Below are positions 1 through 10,165 of a stretch of DNA of 64,000 nucleotides, one piece after another. Where the stretch lies: NCBI GenBank assembly GCA_024408105.1, contig JAKSVG010000001.1, forward strand, positions 50,854 through 114,853. Reading direction: 5' to 3'. How positions within the stretch are numbered: the stretch's first letter is position 1; the number at the start of each line of letters is the position of its first letter. The stretch comes from Bacilli bacterium (GTDB taxonomy: Bacteria > Bacillota_I > Bacilli_A > RFN20 > CAG-826). Below the pieces are notes generated by a model that was not told the origin of the DNA, searched no databases, and saw nothing but the letters and a program-made list of their open reading frames with translations. The position numbers were made by a program, and so were the translations under genes.

Positions 1-1335
1 AACGATAAAGGGCAACCTGGCCTATCAATTTTTGGAGCAAATGGTGCAGTTGCAAAAGTTACAATTAACTGGGCAACAGGAAAAGACAAAGTTGAAAGTA
101 GTGGCGAAGCCAAATATAGAAACGAAGGTAAAAAGATTTATCTTTTTGCTGGTGAAAATGACTTACCATTTGTTGATGTTAATGATTTAAAACTTGATGC
201 ATATAAAGTTGGCAATGCAATCAAAGTATTTGAATTTGATCCAGCACATGCCTCACAAACATTTATGATGCCTGGAGGTGTTCATTATATTGGTATCAAG
301 TCAAGTGGTTCAGTTTACTTAGACTCACTTGTATGCTCATGGTCTGATGTAGATAAACCAGCAACATTAAATTCAATGACACTTTCTGGCACAGTTCACG
401 CAGAATGTAGTGCAGATGATACATGGAATTTTGAAAATGTTACCGTTAAAGGTAAACTTAGCAATACTAGAGAAGTCGATGTCACTCGCTATTGCTCATT
501 CTCTTCAACAACACCAGTACCAACTTCCCATGTTGAAGGCCATCAAGTGTCTGTGAAATCTACATATTTACCAGATACCACAAAAACCCAAACAACTGAC
601 CTTAACGGAACAGCAATCGAGGTTGCTTCAATCGAATTAAGTGGAACAGTATCATCATCTACTGGTGAAACAAGCTGGAATTTTGAAAATGTTAGAGCAA
701 TTGCCACATATAACGATAATTCAATAAGAGAAATTACAGATGAATGTGACTTCTCATCAACAACACCTATTCCATTAACTCCAGTGGCAGAAATGGATGT
801 TGTCGTAAATGCTCAATGGCAAAAAGACGTCTCTAAGACAGGATCAGCTACACTTAAAGGAAGTGTAGAACAATCTTATCCAACAGCTGCAAGCTGGGCA
901 TATCCTGAAGTTGCAACAGGTGGCGATTTCACAAAAACTAATCTAAAAAATGACACAACAAATAAGTGTGTTACAGAAAATAGTGCAGTCGATGCAGTTG
1001 GATATATTCAAGTATTAAATGGAACTGAAGAAATTATGAACGCCAAATCTGCAACACTAACAGCATTAATAGGTGCCGGAAGTGCAAAAGAGTTTACCTC
1101 AGAAGATTATTACGTTAAAGCATCTTTACTTGACGCTAGTGGAAACGAAATAACTAATACAACAAAAGTTCTTGCAGCATCATTAGTAAAAGAAGCAACA
1201 GAATACACTGTAATATACAGTGAGCAAGAGTTATCAGGGCTAGATGTTTACGGTGTTAGAATCTCTCATAAAAAAGTTTCAGGTTATAACATTAGATTAT
1301 TCAGTTTCGAATTAAAATACGATCCAGCAGAATAA
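1..1335 (+). CDS. Ser/Thr-rich secreted or surface protein, C-terminal part; 5' end lies upstream of the window. The reading frame is open from nt 1. Contains two ~84-aa internal repeats.
   Basis: Frame 1 is open from position 1 to the stop at 1333-1335. The ORF-track start at 265 is only the first in-frame Met. The sequence is T/S/N-rich and carries repeated WNFENV...C-FSSTTP-P blocks. No recognisable enzymatic motifs. Confidence 0.55.
   Translation, partial: NDKGQPGLSIFGANGAVAKVTINWATGKDKVESSGEAKYRNEGKKIYLFAGENDLPFVDVNDLKLDAYKVGNAIKVFEFDPAHASQTFMMPGGVHYIGIKSSGSVYLDSLVCSWSDVDKPATLNSMTLSGTVHAECSADDTWNFENVTVKGKLSNTREVDVTRYCSFSSTTPVPTSHVEGHQVSVKSTYLPDTTKTQTTDLNGTAIEVASIELSGTVSSSTGETSWNFENVRAIATYNDNSIREITDECDFSSTTPIPLTPVAEMDVVVNAQWQKDVSKTGSATLKGSVEQSYPTAASWAYPEVATGGDFTKTNLKNDTTNKCVTENSAVDAVGYIQVLNGTEEIMNAKSATLTALIGAGSAKEFTSEDYYVKASLLDASGNEITNTTKVLAASLVKEATEYTVIYSEQELSGLDVYGVRISHKKVSGYNIRLFSFELKYDPAE
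418..930 (+). repeat. Two imperfect tandem repeats of ~250 bp inside the surface-protein gene.
   Basis: tggaattttgaaaatgtt occurs at 424 and again at 676. ttctc(t/a)tcaacaacacc occurs at 496 and again at 751. The corresponding protein blocks are TWNFENV...CSFSSTTPVP and SWNFENV...CDFSSTTPIP. Confidence 0.6.
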
Positions 1336-1355
1336 TTGTAATATCATTAAATATC

Positions 1356-1392
1356 AACGCTTATAGATTCGTCTATAGGCGTTTTTATTTTA
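1356..1392 (+). terminator. Rho-independent terminator after the surface-protein gene.
   Basis: Stem acgcttataga (1357-1367), loop ttcg, stem tctataggcgt (1372-1382) with one G-U pair, followed by ttttatttt. Confidence 0.7.
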
Positions 1393-1403
1393 ATTTAAAT
1401 AAA

Positions 1404-3638
1404 GTGGAGTATAATATGTTCAATATGTCAAACGATGCTATTCAAGAAAAAGTTAAAAATAGTAAATTACATTCATTCGATGATGTAAAAGAACTTTTCT
1501 ATGCCTACATCACAAACCAAGAATCACGTAAACTTGTCGAAGATGCATACGAATTAGCAAAAGAAAAACACAAAACTCAATTTCGTAGAAGCGGCGAACC
1601 ATACATTCATCATTTAATTGAGGTTTGTTATATCCTTGCCACTTTAAACTGCGGTCCGACGACATTGGCTGCCGGTCTTTTGCACGATATTATCGAAGAT
1701 ACAGATACTTCTTTAGAAGAAATTAAAAATGCGTTTGGAAAAGAGGTTTGTTCAATTGTTAATTCTTTAACAAAAATCCAAAGAATGAAATTGTCTCATC
1801 GACCTGAAGATGAATTTGTAGCCGAAGATCATCGAAAAATATTTTTAGGAATGGCAAAAGATGTCCGCGTCATTGTCATTAAATTGGCAGATAGACTTCA
1901 TAATATGAGGACATTAGATTCTTTGCCTCCTCATAGGCAATTAGCATTAGCTAAAGAAACGTTAGAAGTTTTTACTCCAATTGCGCATAGATTAGGTATT
2001 AATACCATCAAAACTGAACTCGAAGATCTATCCATAAAATATCTTGAACCAGAAAAATATCAAGTTGTTGTAGATTTAGTTAACCGAAAAATAAAATATG
2101 GTCAAAAATCCTTGGACTCATTTACAAAAAGAATTGTCGGCATCTTGATGGAGAAAAACATTCCTTTTGAATTGGAATCAAGAGTTAAATCAATCTATTC
2201 TATTTATAGAAAAATTTACTTAAAAAACCACAAGCCAGAGGAAATTTATGATTTGCTCGCTATTAGAATAATTACTCATACAGAGTTAGAGTGTTACGAG
2301 ATTCTCGGAATCATTCATGCAACTTATACTCCTCTACCTGGGAGATTTAAAGACTACATCGCTGTTCCTAAACCGAATATGTATCAATCTCTACATACAT
2401 GCATAATTTCTGGAGATGGTAATATTTTCGAAGTTCAAATAAGAACCAAGGAAATGGATGAAATTGCTGAAAGTGGTATCGCAGCTCACTGGAGATATAA
2501 AGAGGGAACAAATTACAACCCAAAACAAGAGCAAAAAGAAATTGAAGAAAAATTGCATTGGCTCAAAGATTTGGTGAATTTATCAGAAAACGAAGAAACA
2601 TCTGACGCTAAAGAATATATGAATTCTTTATCTCACGATATTTTTGAAGCAAACGTTTATTGCTTTACACCTAAAGGAAAAGTCATTGATCTTCCAGCAG
2701 GGTCAACTCCTATCGATTTTGCTTACAAGATTCACACGGGTGTTGCTGAAAAAATGGTTGGAGCCATAATAAATAATCAAATGGTGCCTCTAACCACAGT
2801 TCTAAAAACAGGTGATATTGTTGAAATAAAGACTTCTAAAACTTCACTTGGACCTAATGAAGACTGGCTAAAAATAGCCACAACATCATTTGCGAAATCC
2901 CATATTAGAAAATTCTTATCGAAAAAGAATGCTAACTTTGTTAAAGATGAAAAAATAACTCGTGGCAAACAGGCTTGTTTGGAAGCATTTAAGAACATTG
3001 GATTCGGCGAATCACAAACATTCCAATATATAGAAAAACCAGAAGTGCTAAGTCATTTTGGTTTTGATGAAGTGGATGATTTATATGTTGCTATTTCGAA
3101 TAAAAATCCTATTCCTGCAGCAATAATCGATTTCTTAGGAATTAGACCTAAAGAAGAAATCAGATTAGACAAAAAAGAGCGATTTGAAAATGATGGTTGC
3201 CCAGTTTATGTTAACGGAGCAAGCAAAATAGCAATTAATCTTGCACCATGCTGTACGCCTATTCCAGGAGACGAAATTGTTGGCTATATTACCAAAGGTA
3301 AAGGAATAACTGTTCATAGAAAAGATTGCCCAAATATTATTAATGAAAAACAAAGATTAATCGAGGTATTTTGGAAGCCAAATCTTGAAAAGGGGAATTA
3401 TCCTGTTGATATTAGGATAACATGCAATGATAGGCAAAATCTTCTTACTGATGTGATGAATGTTCTAAATCAAAATGGAATCCCTGTAACTGCAATCAAT
3501 GCACACCTGCATACATCAACAATGGAAACAGTGATAAATGTCACAATATATGTGAGTGATTCAGAAAGATTGCAAGATATATTTAACATATTAAAAAATG
3601 TTAAAAATGTTAATCAATTGGAAAGATTGATTCATTAG
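1404..3638 (+). CDS. relA: Bifunctional (p)ppGpp synthetase/hydrolase of the Rel/SpoT family.
   Basis: HD hydrolase motifs (HDIIEDT, RLHNMRT) are present. They are followed by the synthetase domain and C-terminal TGS and ACT regions. The 744 aa length is typical. A GTGGAG RBS lies upstream. Confidence 0.9.
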   Translation: MEYNMFNMSNDAIQEKVKNSKLHSFDDVKELFYAYITNQESRKLVEDAYELAKEKHKTQFRRSGEPYIHHLIEVCYILATLNCGPTTLAAGLLHDIIEDTDTSLEEIKNAFGKEVCSIVNSLTKIQRMKLSHRPEDEFVAEDHRKIFLGMAKDVRVIVIKLADRLHNMRTLDSLPPHRQLALAKETLEVFTPIAHRLGINTIKTELEDLSIKYLEPEKYQVVVDLVNRKIKYGQKSLDSFTKRIVGILMEKNIPFELESRVKSIYSIYRKIYLKNHKPEEIYDLLAIRIITHTELECYEILGIIHATYTPLPGRFKDYIAVPKPNMYQSLHTCIISGDGNIFEVQIRTKEMDEIAESGIAAHWRYKEGTNYNPKQEQKEIEEKLHWLKDLVNLSENEETSDAKEYMNSLSHDIFEANVYCFTPKGKVIDLPAGSTPIDFAYKIHTGVAEKMVGAIINNQMVPLTTVLKTGDIVEIKTSKTSLGPNEDWLKIATTSFAKSHIRKFLSKKNANFVKDEKITRGKQACLEAFKNIGFGESQTFQYIEKPEVLSHFGFDEVDDLYVAISNKNPIPAAIIDFLGIRPKEEIRLDKKERFENDGCPVYVNGASKIAINLAPCCTPIPGDEIVGYITKGKGITVHRKDCPNIINEKQRLIEVFWKPNLEKGNYPVDIRITCNDRQNLLTDVMNVLNQNGIPVTAINAHLHTSTMETVINVTIYVSDSERLQDIFNILKNVKNVNQLERLIH

Positions 3639-3640
3639 TA

Positions 3641-3676
3641 TTGTTAGACAAAAGTTATCTTTTAATAGGTAACTTT
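3641..3676 (+). terminator. Rho-independent terminator of relA.
   Basis: Hairpin agttatc / ggtaact with an 8-nt loop, followed by a run of 12 T. Confidence 0.65.
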
Positions 3677-3715
3677 TTTTATTTTTAATTTCAAAATGCT
3701 ATGTATTGAATTTAT

Positions 3716-3744
3716 ACATAATAAAATGTATAATACAAAAGATT
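3716..3744 (+). promoter_or_regulatory. Sigma-A type promoter for hisS-aspS.
   Basis: -35 TTGAAT (3716-3721), a 17-nt spacer, and -10 TATAAT (3739-3744) preceded by TG. It lies about 19 nt upstream of the GGAG RBS of hisS. The ORF-track start at 3706 falls inside this promoter and was rejected. Confidence 0.65.
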
Positions 3745-3762
3745 AGAAACGGAGATTTTCGT

Positions 3763-5064
3763 ATGGCTATAAATCCTGTCAAAGGCACACATGATATCAT
3801 CGCAGACGAAGCGAATACCTATTCTGGCATCGAATATGATTGCCGAATATTAGCTGAATTATTTGGATATTCAGAAATTAGAACACCTATCATTGAACAT
3901 ACTCCATTGTTTTTAAGATCGGTTGGTGAATCAAGCGATATTGTTACAAAAGAAATGTATACATTCGATGATAAAGGCGGTCGTTCATTAACATTACGTC
4001 CAGAAATGACTGCTGGTGTCATGAGAAGTGTGGTAAGTAACAAGTTATATGCAACTAATGACTTGCCATTAAAGTATTTCTATATTGGTCCATGCTTTAG
4101 GTATGAAAGGCCGCAAGCAGGGCGATATAGACAATTCCATCAATTTGGTGTTGAAGCAATAGGTTCAACCTCCTATCTTCAAGATGTAGAAGTTATAACC
4201 TTGGGAAAAAGAGTGCTTGATTCATTAGGAATTGACAAAGTCAAAGTCTTAATAAACTCCCTTGGTGATGAAGAATCTAGAGAGAATTATAGGGCAGCAT
4301 TAAAAGAGTACTTCAGTAAGCATATTGATTGCATGTGTGAAGATTGCAAGCGCAGGCTTGAAGTCAATCCACTTCGCATTTTAGATTGCAAAGTTCCTGA
4401 AGATAGAAAAATAATCGAAGGAGCGCCAAAGATTCATGATTATTTAAGTGATGTTGCTCGTGGACATTTTGATAATGTTGTAGACATGCTTAAAAAAGTA
4501 GGCATCGATGTTGAAATTGATGATACGCTTGTGCGCGGTCTAGATTACTACACTGGCATTGTGTTTGAGTATCATATGAATGACTCTGATGATGTTGGAG
4601 CTATCGGCGGTGGAGGCCACTATAAAAATCTCTTAAAAGAGGTTGGTGGACCAGATCTTGAAGGTGTTGGGTTATCGTTTGGAATTGAACGTTTATACTA
4701 TGTATACAATAAAGTTAATGCTGGTGAGGAAATGTTTGTTAACGGTCCAGACTTCTATTTAATGGGCATGGATGCACACGCAATAGAACTCAACTTTACA
4801 TTAGCAAATATTCTTCGTATGAACGGATACGCAGTTGAAATGAACTACGAAAATAAATCATTTAAATCTTTATTTAAGATTGCAGAACATAAACATTCAA
4901 AATTTGCAATTATCGTTGGTGAAGATGAAATCAGAAACGGAACCTTGACAGTAAAGAATTTAAATACTCAAGAACAAACAACTGTAAAAACTGATGATAT
5001 GTTGCTTGTCTTTAAATCTATGCTCGAAGATTATATGCGTGATTTACGTAAGGAGGCAAAATAA
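3763..5064 (+). CDS. hisS: Histidine--tRNA ligase.
   Basis: Class II aaRS motifs and the HisRS signature region (MAINPVKGTHDII..., GGGRYDGL-like GGGGHY). Start reassigned to ATG 3763, which has a GGAG RBS. Confidence 0.9.
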   Translation: MAINPVKGTHDIIADEANTYSGIEYDCRILAELFGYSEIRTPIIEHTPLFLRSVGESSDIVTKEMYTFDDKGGRSLTLRPEMTAGVMRSVVSNKLYATNDLPLKYFYIGPCFRYERPQAGRYRQFHQFGVEAIGSTSYLQDVEVITLGKRVLDSLGIDKVKVLINSLGDEESRENYRAALKEYFSKHIDCMCEDCKRRLEVNPLRILDCKVPEDRKIIEGAPKIHDYLSDVARGHFDNVVDMLKKVGIDVEIDDTLVRGLDYYTGIVFEYHMNDSDDVGAIGGGGHYKNLLKEVGGPDLEGVGLSFGIERLYYVYNKVNAGEEMFVNGPDFYLMGMDAHAIELNFTLANILRMNGYAVEMNYENKSFKSLFKIAEHKHSKFAIIVGEDEIRNGTLTVKNLNTQEQTTVKTDDMLLVFKSMLEDYMRDLRKEAK

Positions 5065-6788
5065 TGGAAAGAACTTGTTATAACACCGATTTATCACTTA
5101 GTGATGTTGGACGAAAAGTTACATTGGTTGGATGGGTAAGCAAAAGACGAAATCTAGGAAGCTTATTGTTCATTGATTTACGCGACAGAAGTGGAATCAT
5201 CCAAATCGTTGTTAATGAAGATGTTAAAATTCCTGACGTCAGAAATGAATATGTTATATCTGTAAAAGGAACTGTTTCAAAAAAAGAGGTTCCAAATAAG
5301 TTATTAAAAACAGGAGAAATTGAAGTTATTGCTGAATCAATTGAAGTATTTAGCAAAGCTAAAACAACCCCGTTAATTATCGCTGATGAAACAGATGCAT
5401 TAGAAGATGTTCGTCTAAAATATAGATATCTTGACTTACGTAGACCATCGTTACAAAAGAATTTAATGAATCGTGCAAAAATTGTAAGAATTGCACATGA
5501 ATATTTTGATAACAATGGTTTTATTGAAGTAGAAACACCGTGTTTAACTCTATCAACCCCTGAGGGTGCAAGAGATTACTTGGTTCCTTCAAGAATCAAT
5601 CACGGAAGTTTTTTCGCACTTCCTCAATCACCTCAGTTATTTAAGCAATTGCTTATGATTGGAGGGTTCGAACGTTACTATCAAATCGCAAGATGCTTTA
5701 GAGATGAGGATTTAAGGCAAGATAGGCAACCAGAATTTACTCAAATCGATCTAGAAATGTCATTCCTTGATCAAGATCAAATCCTAACAATTATGGAAGG
5801 ATTCCTAAAAAAAGTTTTTAAAGAAACAGTTGGTTATGAACTTAAAACTCCTTTGAGGAGAATGACTTATGCTGAAGCAGTTAACGATTATGGCTCTGAT
5901 AAGCCAGATACTCGGTTCGACTTAAAATTAATTGATGTAAAAGGCATTTTGTCACAAAGCGATTTTGTTGGATATAAAGATGCTTTAATGATTAAAGCAA
6001 TTGTTATTCCTAATGTTGCTGAATCCACATCAAGAAAAGTCATTGATGGTTTGAATCTTGAAGCTAAGAAATTCGGGTTATCCGGAATTGGCGTTTACAA
6101 GGTTAACGGAAACTCATTGGATGGTTCATTAACAAAATTTGTTAACGCTGATATCCAAAAATCCCTTATTGAAAAAGTTAACGCAAAAACAAACGATATT
6201 ATTCTTGTTGCAAGCGGCAAGCCTGAACAAGTTAATTTTGGTTTAGGTGCTTTACGTAGTAAATATGGCCACGAATTGGGCTATGTAAAGCCAAACACAT
6301 ATGATTTATTATGGGTTGTCGATTTTCCATTATTTGAAAAAGACATTCACGACGGATCATATAAACCGTTACATCACCCATTCACAAGGCCAACACCAGA
6401 AACGGCTCAATACCTTAATTCTGATCCAAGCAAATGTTTATCAGCTGCTTATGATATTGTGATTAATGGTTATGAAGCTGGTGGTGGTTCACTAAGAATT
6501 TACAATCAAGATATGCAAAAGAAAATATTTGAAATTCTAGGCTTCACCAGTGAAGATATCAATCGTAAATTTGGCTATTTCGTGGGGGCATTTGAATACG
6601 GAACTCCTCCTCACGGCGGAATAGCGTTTGGTTTAGAAAGATTGTCGATGATTATTTGTGGCACAGATAATATTCGAGATGTCATTGCTTTCCCTAAGAA
6701 TCTTAAAGCAAGCTGCCCAATGAGTAGTGCGCCACAGCAAGTTGATGAACAACAACTAATAGATTTGGGAATAAAAGTTGATAAATAA
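5064..6788 (+). CDS. aspS: Aspartate--tRNA ligase.
   Basis: Overlaps hisS by TAATG. N-terminal anticodon-binding OB fold and class II motifs (FRDEDLR, GGGSLRI, GLERL). 574 aa. Confidence 0.9.
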   Translation: MERTCYNTDLSLSDVGRKVTLVGWVSKRRNLGSLLFIDLRDRSGIIQIVVNEDVKIPDVRNEYVISVKGTVSKKEVPNKLLKTGEIEVIAESIEVFSKAKTTPLIIADETDALEDVRLKYRYLDLRRPSLQKNLMNRAKIVRIAHEYFDNNGFIEVETPCLTLSTPEGARDYLVPSRINHGSFFALPQSPQLFKQLLMIGGFERYYQIARCFRDEDLRQDRQPEFTQIDLEMSFLDQDQILTIMEGFLKKVFKETVGYELKTPLRRMTYAEAVNDYGSDKPDTRFDLKLIDVKGILSQSDFVGYKDALMIKAIVIPNVAESTSRKVIDGLNLEAKKFGLSGIGVYKVNGNSLDGSLTKFVNADIQKSLIEKVNAKTNDIILVASGKPEQVNFGLGALRSKYGHELGYVKPNTYDLLWVVDFPLFEKDIHDGSYKPLHHPFTRPTPETAQYLNSDPSKCLSAAYDIVINGYEAGGGSLRIYNQDMQKKIFEILGFTSEDINRKFGYFVGAFEYGTPPHGGIAFGLERLSMIICGTDNIRDVIAFPKNLKASCPMSSAPQQVDEQQLIDLGIKVDK

Positions 6789-6815
6789 TTTATTAATAAA
6801 TTAAGGAGAAATATT

Positions 6816-8786
6816 ATGAATCAAAAAGAATTAGACAAATTAGCAGTTAGCGCAATTAGAGCGACATGTATTGATGTAGTAAATAAAGCAAAATCAGGGC
6901 ACCCAGGAATGGCACTTGGTAGTGCTCCAATACTTTACACACTATTCAGTAAACATCTAGTTGCAAACCCAAAAGATCCTTTATGGATTAATCGTGATCG
7001 TTTCATTTTGTCTGCAGGTCATGCAAGTTCATTGCTTTACACAATGCTTCATGTATCAGGATACAGAGTATCACTTGATGATTTAAAATCATTTAGACAA
7101 CTCGGTTCTCTTACACCTGGACACCCTGAATATAAGCATACTGAAGGTGTGGACGCAACAAGTGGACCATTAGGGCAAGGCATTGCACAAGCAGTAGGTG
7201 TCGCTATGGCAGAAAGAGCAACAGCTGCTCAATACAAAGACGGAGAAAAGTTAATTAACCATTACACATACGCTTTATGCGGTGACGGTTGCTTGCAAGA
7301 AGGTTTGTCACAAGAAGCAATTTCTCTTGCTGGTCATCATAGGTTAAATAAGTTAATTCTTATTTATGATTCAAACAATGTTACTCTTGATGGAGGACTT
7401 GATCTTTCCTTCTCTGAAGATGTTAAACATAGATTTCTTGCTTCTGGATGGGATGTTTTAGAAGTTAATGATGGCAACGATATCGAAGCAATCGATAAAG
7501 CTATTACGAAAGCGAAAGATAGCAAAGATAAACCAACATTAATAATCGTAAAAACTGTAATTGGTTACGGAAGCGAAAAACAAGGCACTTCAAAAGTCCA
7601 TGGTAACCCACTCGGTGAAGAAGACGGCGCACATGCAAAAGCATTCTATGGCTATAATTACCCAGCATTCACAATTCCTGAAGAAGTTTATAACTACTTC
7701 AAAGATACATTTGCTAAACGTGGTGAAAAAGCAGAAGAATCATGGAAGAAAGTTTATGATAGCTATGCTAAAGCTCACAAAGATGAAATTAAAGTCTTTG
7801 AGGACGCATTCACAGGCAATGTTTCATCATATGTTGGAAAAGAGCCAGAATTTGCCGCTGACAATGCAGATTCAAGCCGTGTCGCAAGTGGTAAGGCTTT
7901 AAATGATTTACATAGTAAAGTTCCATTCTTAATGGGTGGTAGTGCCGACGTCGCTGGATCAGTTATGACAAAAATTACTGATGGTGTAAATTTCACAAAA
8001 GAAACACCTTCTGGAAGAAATATTAATTTCGGTATTCGTGAATTTGCAATGGCAGCTGCTCAAAACGGTATGTTACTCCACGGAGGCGTAAAAACATACG
8101 TTGGAGCATTCTTAGTATTTGCTGATTATATGAAAGCCGCTATAAGAATGGCTGCATTAAGCAAACTTCCAGCATTTTATTTGTTCTCTCATGATAGCAT
8201 TGCAGTTGGAGAAGACGGTCCAACACATCAGCCTATTGAAACATTGGCTATGCTTAGAAGCATACCAAATGTCAATGTGATTCGCCCATGCGACTCACGC
8301 GAAACATATGCAGCATGGAAAATCGCTTTAGAAAGCAAGGAAACTCCAACAGCTTTAATTCTTTCAAGACAAAATCTACCTTTACTAAATTCATCATATT
8401 CTGATGTTTCTAAAGGTGCTTATATAATAAGCAAGGAATCAAAAAAGCTTGATGCAATCTTAGTTGCAACAGGCAGCGAAGTATCTTTAGCGATTAGTGC
8501 ACAAAAGATTCTTTTTGAAAAAGGACTTGATGTTAGAGTTGTTTCCATGCCATCGACATTCTTATTTGATAAACAATCTGAAGAATATAAGCACAAAGTG
8601 TTATCGTTATCAAAAGACAAAATTATTTCAGTCGAAATGTTATCAACATTTGGTTGGCATAAATATGCAAATCATACATATGGCATAGATACATTTGGAA
8701 CAAGCGCTCCAGCAAAAGATGCAATTAAATCGTTCCATTTCATGCCAGAAGATTTAGCTGATTTTGTAATGAAATCAATTAAGTAG
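6816..8786 (+). CDS. tkt: Transketolase.
   Basis: GHPGMALGSAPI ThDP-binding signature. Full-length 656 aa. AAGGAG RBS. Confidence 0.9.
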   Translation: MNQKELDKLAVSAIRATCIDVVNKAKSGHPGMALGSAPILYTLFSKHLVANPKDPLWINRDRFILSAGHASSLLYTMLHVSGYRVSLDDLKSFRQLGSLTPGHPEYKHTEGVDATSGPLGQGIAQAVGVAMAERATAAQYKDGEKLINHYTYALCGDGCLQEGLSQEAISLAGHHRLNKLILIYDSNNVTLDGGLDLSFSEDVKHRFLASGWDVLEVNDGNDIEAIDKAITKAKDSKDKPTLIIVKTVIGYGSEKQGTSKVHGNPLGEEDGAHAKAFYGYNYPAFTIPEEVYNYFKDTFAKRGEKAEESWKKVYDSYAKAHKDEIKVFEDAFTGNVSSYVGKEPEFAADNADSSRVASGKALNDLHSKVPFLMGGSADVAGSVMTKITDGVNFTKETPSGRNINFGIREFAMAAAQNGMLLHGGVKTYVGAFLVFADYMKAAIRMAALSKLPAFYLFSHDSIAVGEDGPTHQPIETLAMLRSIPNVNVIRPCDSRETYAAWKIALESKETPTALILSRQNLPLLNSSYSDVSKGAYIISKESKKLDAILVATGSEVSLAISAQKILFEKGLDVRVVSMPSTFLFDKQSEEYKHKVLSLSKDKIISVEMLSTFGWHKYANHTYGIDTFGTSAPAKDAIKSFHFMPEDLADFVMKSIK

Positions 8787-8795
8787 GTAAAAATA

Positions 8796-9140
8796 ATGTC
8801 TGACTATGTCAAAGTAAAAAACTATGCAAAAGATGGCGATATCGCTATATCTCGCAGAGTTTTTGAAGAGCTTGCAACAGAAGCAGCCAATCGTGTTATT
8901 GGCGCAGAAGTAAGCAAAGTAAAATCAAAAAATAAAATTCTTGTTAAACTTTACCGTCCGACGAAAGTAACATTTAGAAGTGACGGAAAGGTTGAAATTA
9001 GAATTTCAATCACCATAGCAAAAGGAGCGAATGCTAACGAAGTGTGTTTAAAAATTCAAGAAGAGGTTGCTCAATCGCTTTTGTTCTACACAGAAAGCGT
9101 TCCTTTCGACATTGAAATTAAAGTAGATTCTATTGCCTAA
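8796..9140 (+). CDS. Asp23/Gls24-family alkaline shock protein (YqhY-like).
   Basis: 114 aa, acidic, Asp23-like core IAISRRVFEELATEAANRVIGA. It sits upstream of nusB as yqhY does in B. subtilis. Confidence 0.65.
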   Translation: MSDYVKVKNYAKDGDIAISRRVFEELATEAANRVIGAEVSKVKSKNKILVKLYRPTKVTFRSDGKVEIRISITIAKGANANEVCLKIQEEVAQSLLFYTESVPFDIEIKVDSIA

Positions 9141-9141
9141 T

Positions 9142-9750
9142 ATGAAAAAAGCAAAACGTCAAAAACACCAAATCACTTATAGTGAAGCCCATAATAAAGC
9201 GGTGAAGATGTATCAAAGAAGTGCAATCTTCCTCCTTTGGGCTGGAGTTGTAAACGTTTTTGCTATCGTAATAGGGGTAATTCAACTTGCTGCAAATTCA
9301 TTAGCAACTCAAGTTCAATTCCCTTGGCCAACATCAGGGTTCGCAATGAGTTTTAGCGTACAAATATTATTAAACAGCGTAATGATAAAATCATTAGATT
9401 CATTAGCTGCTGATATTTTAATGATTATAATCGGCCTTGTCTTAGGAGGACTTTTTGCTGCGCTAGGATTTTTCGCATCAAAAGGAAAACGTTGGGTTCT
9501 TCTGCTCGGCACCGCTTTGTATGCAATAGACTTTGGAATAATGTTTTTTGTTTATGAATCAGGCTTTGTTGCAAGACTATGGACAAACTATGCATTTACT
9601 CTAGTAACTCATATCGTCGTTTTAGTTGCATGTATTGTGGCAATAGTTGAATACTATAACGTTATTCATATTGAAAAAGTGTTTAAGGGCAATAAAGCTC
9701 TGAAATTAGATGAAGAAGTAGAAGGTGAGGTAATTGCTCGTGGAAAATAA
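9142..9750 (+). CDS. Integral membrane protein of unknown function (4-5 TM helices).
   Basis: Hydrophobic segments present. The ORF-track start at 9133 is TTG; an ATG at 9142 (MKKAKRQ...) is more plausible. Lies between the Asp23 gene and nusB. Confidence 0.5.
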   Translation: MKKAKRQKHQITYSEAHNKAVKMYQRSAIFLLWAGVVNVFAIVIGVIQLAANSLATQVQFPWPTSGFAMSFSVQILLNSVMIKSLDSLAADILMIIIGLVLGGLFAALGFFASKGKRWVLLLGTALYAIDFGIMFFVYESGFVARLWTNYAFTLVTHIVVLVACIVAIVEYYNVIHIEKVFKGNKALKLDEEVEGEVIARGK

Positions 9751-10165
9751 TTTATCAAGAAATAAACAGCATGAATTGAATACTATTTGCATCTATGATG
9801 CATTAACATACGTCTATTCCGGTCAAGAATTTTCTGTTGAAGAAATTATGTCATCCATATTTGAAAAAGAATATGTTGAAATACCTTCTTTCGATAAGGA
9901 AGTTGTTATAAAATCTCTTACCCATTTAGACGAAATTATTTCCATTTTTCAAGAAAAAATGCCCAAAATGTCTTTTGATAGGTTAAATTTACTTGAAAGA
10001 TCGATTCTAATTATGAGCTATACAAATTTTAAATTTGTTGGCGGGGTTGATAAAAGAGTTGTTATCGATACTGCAATAAAATTATCAAAAAAATATTTAG
10101 GAACAGACTATTCTGGCAAGGACGACTATAAATTTGTGAACGCAATATTGGATAATGTTTTATGA
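9740..10165 (+). CDS. nusB: Transcription antitermination factor NusB.
   Basis: ~140 aa. RNKQHELNTICIYDA aligns to the NusB N-terminus (RRKARELALQALYQ). A C-terminal FVNAILDNV-like motif is present. The ORF-track start is TTG 9734; GTG 9740 has better spacing to the GGTGAGG RBS. Confidence 0.7.
   Translation: MENNLSRNKQHELNTICIYDALTYVYSGQEFSVEEIMSSIFEKEYVEIPSFDKEVVIKSLTHLDEIISIFQEKMPKMSFDRLNLLERSILIMSYTNFKFVGGVDKRVVIDTAIKLSKKYLGTDYSGKDDYKFVNAILDNVL

Noticed and set aside
2777-2998. Short antisense or alternate-frame ORFs from the six-frame track. Examples: 2777-2998, 3165-3353, 3819-4043, 5078-5515, 7561-7902, 7775-7996, 8420-8688, 9315-9512, 10062-10337, 10488-10829, 11238-11465, 11958-12203, 13528-13722, 13809-14046, 14966-15241, 15759-16052, 16131-16464, 17473-18134, 20057-20257, 20531-20719, 24094-24288, 24575-24865, 27036-27278, 27837-28037, 28061-28387, 30296-30478, 32178-32414, 32999-33226, 34046-34270, 35603-35848, 37949-38155, 38554-38778, 39282-39593, 42759-43376, 45488-45682, 47060-47380, 47497-47718, 48343-48570, 50054-50595, 50804-50992, 51822-52100, 56377-56577, 60460-60826.
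   Set aside because: All lie entirely inside, or antisense to, long conserved genes with clear homology. They have low-complexity or hydrophobic junk translations, no RBS, and are artefacts typical of an AT-rich genome.
3639-3762. Possible T-box riboswitch leaders upstream of hisS and of glyS (39665-39744).
   Set aside because: The gaps are only ~120 nt and ~80 nt. Each contains a promoter followed directly by the RBS, with no room for the ~250-nt T-box fold and no specifier or T-box consensus (AATTAGGGTGGNACCGCG) visible.
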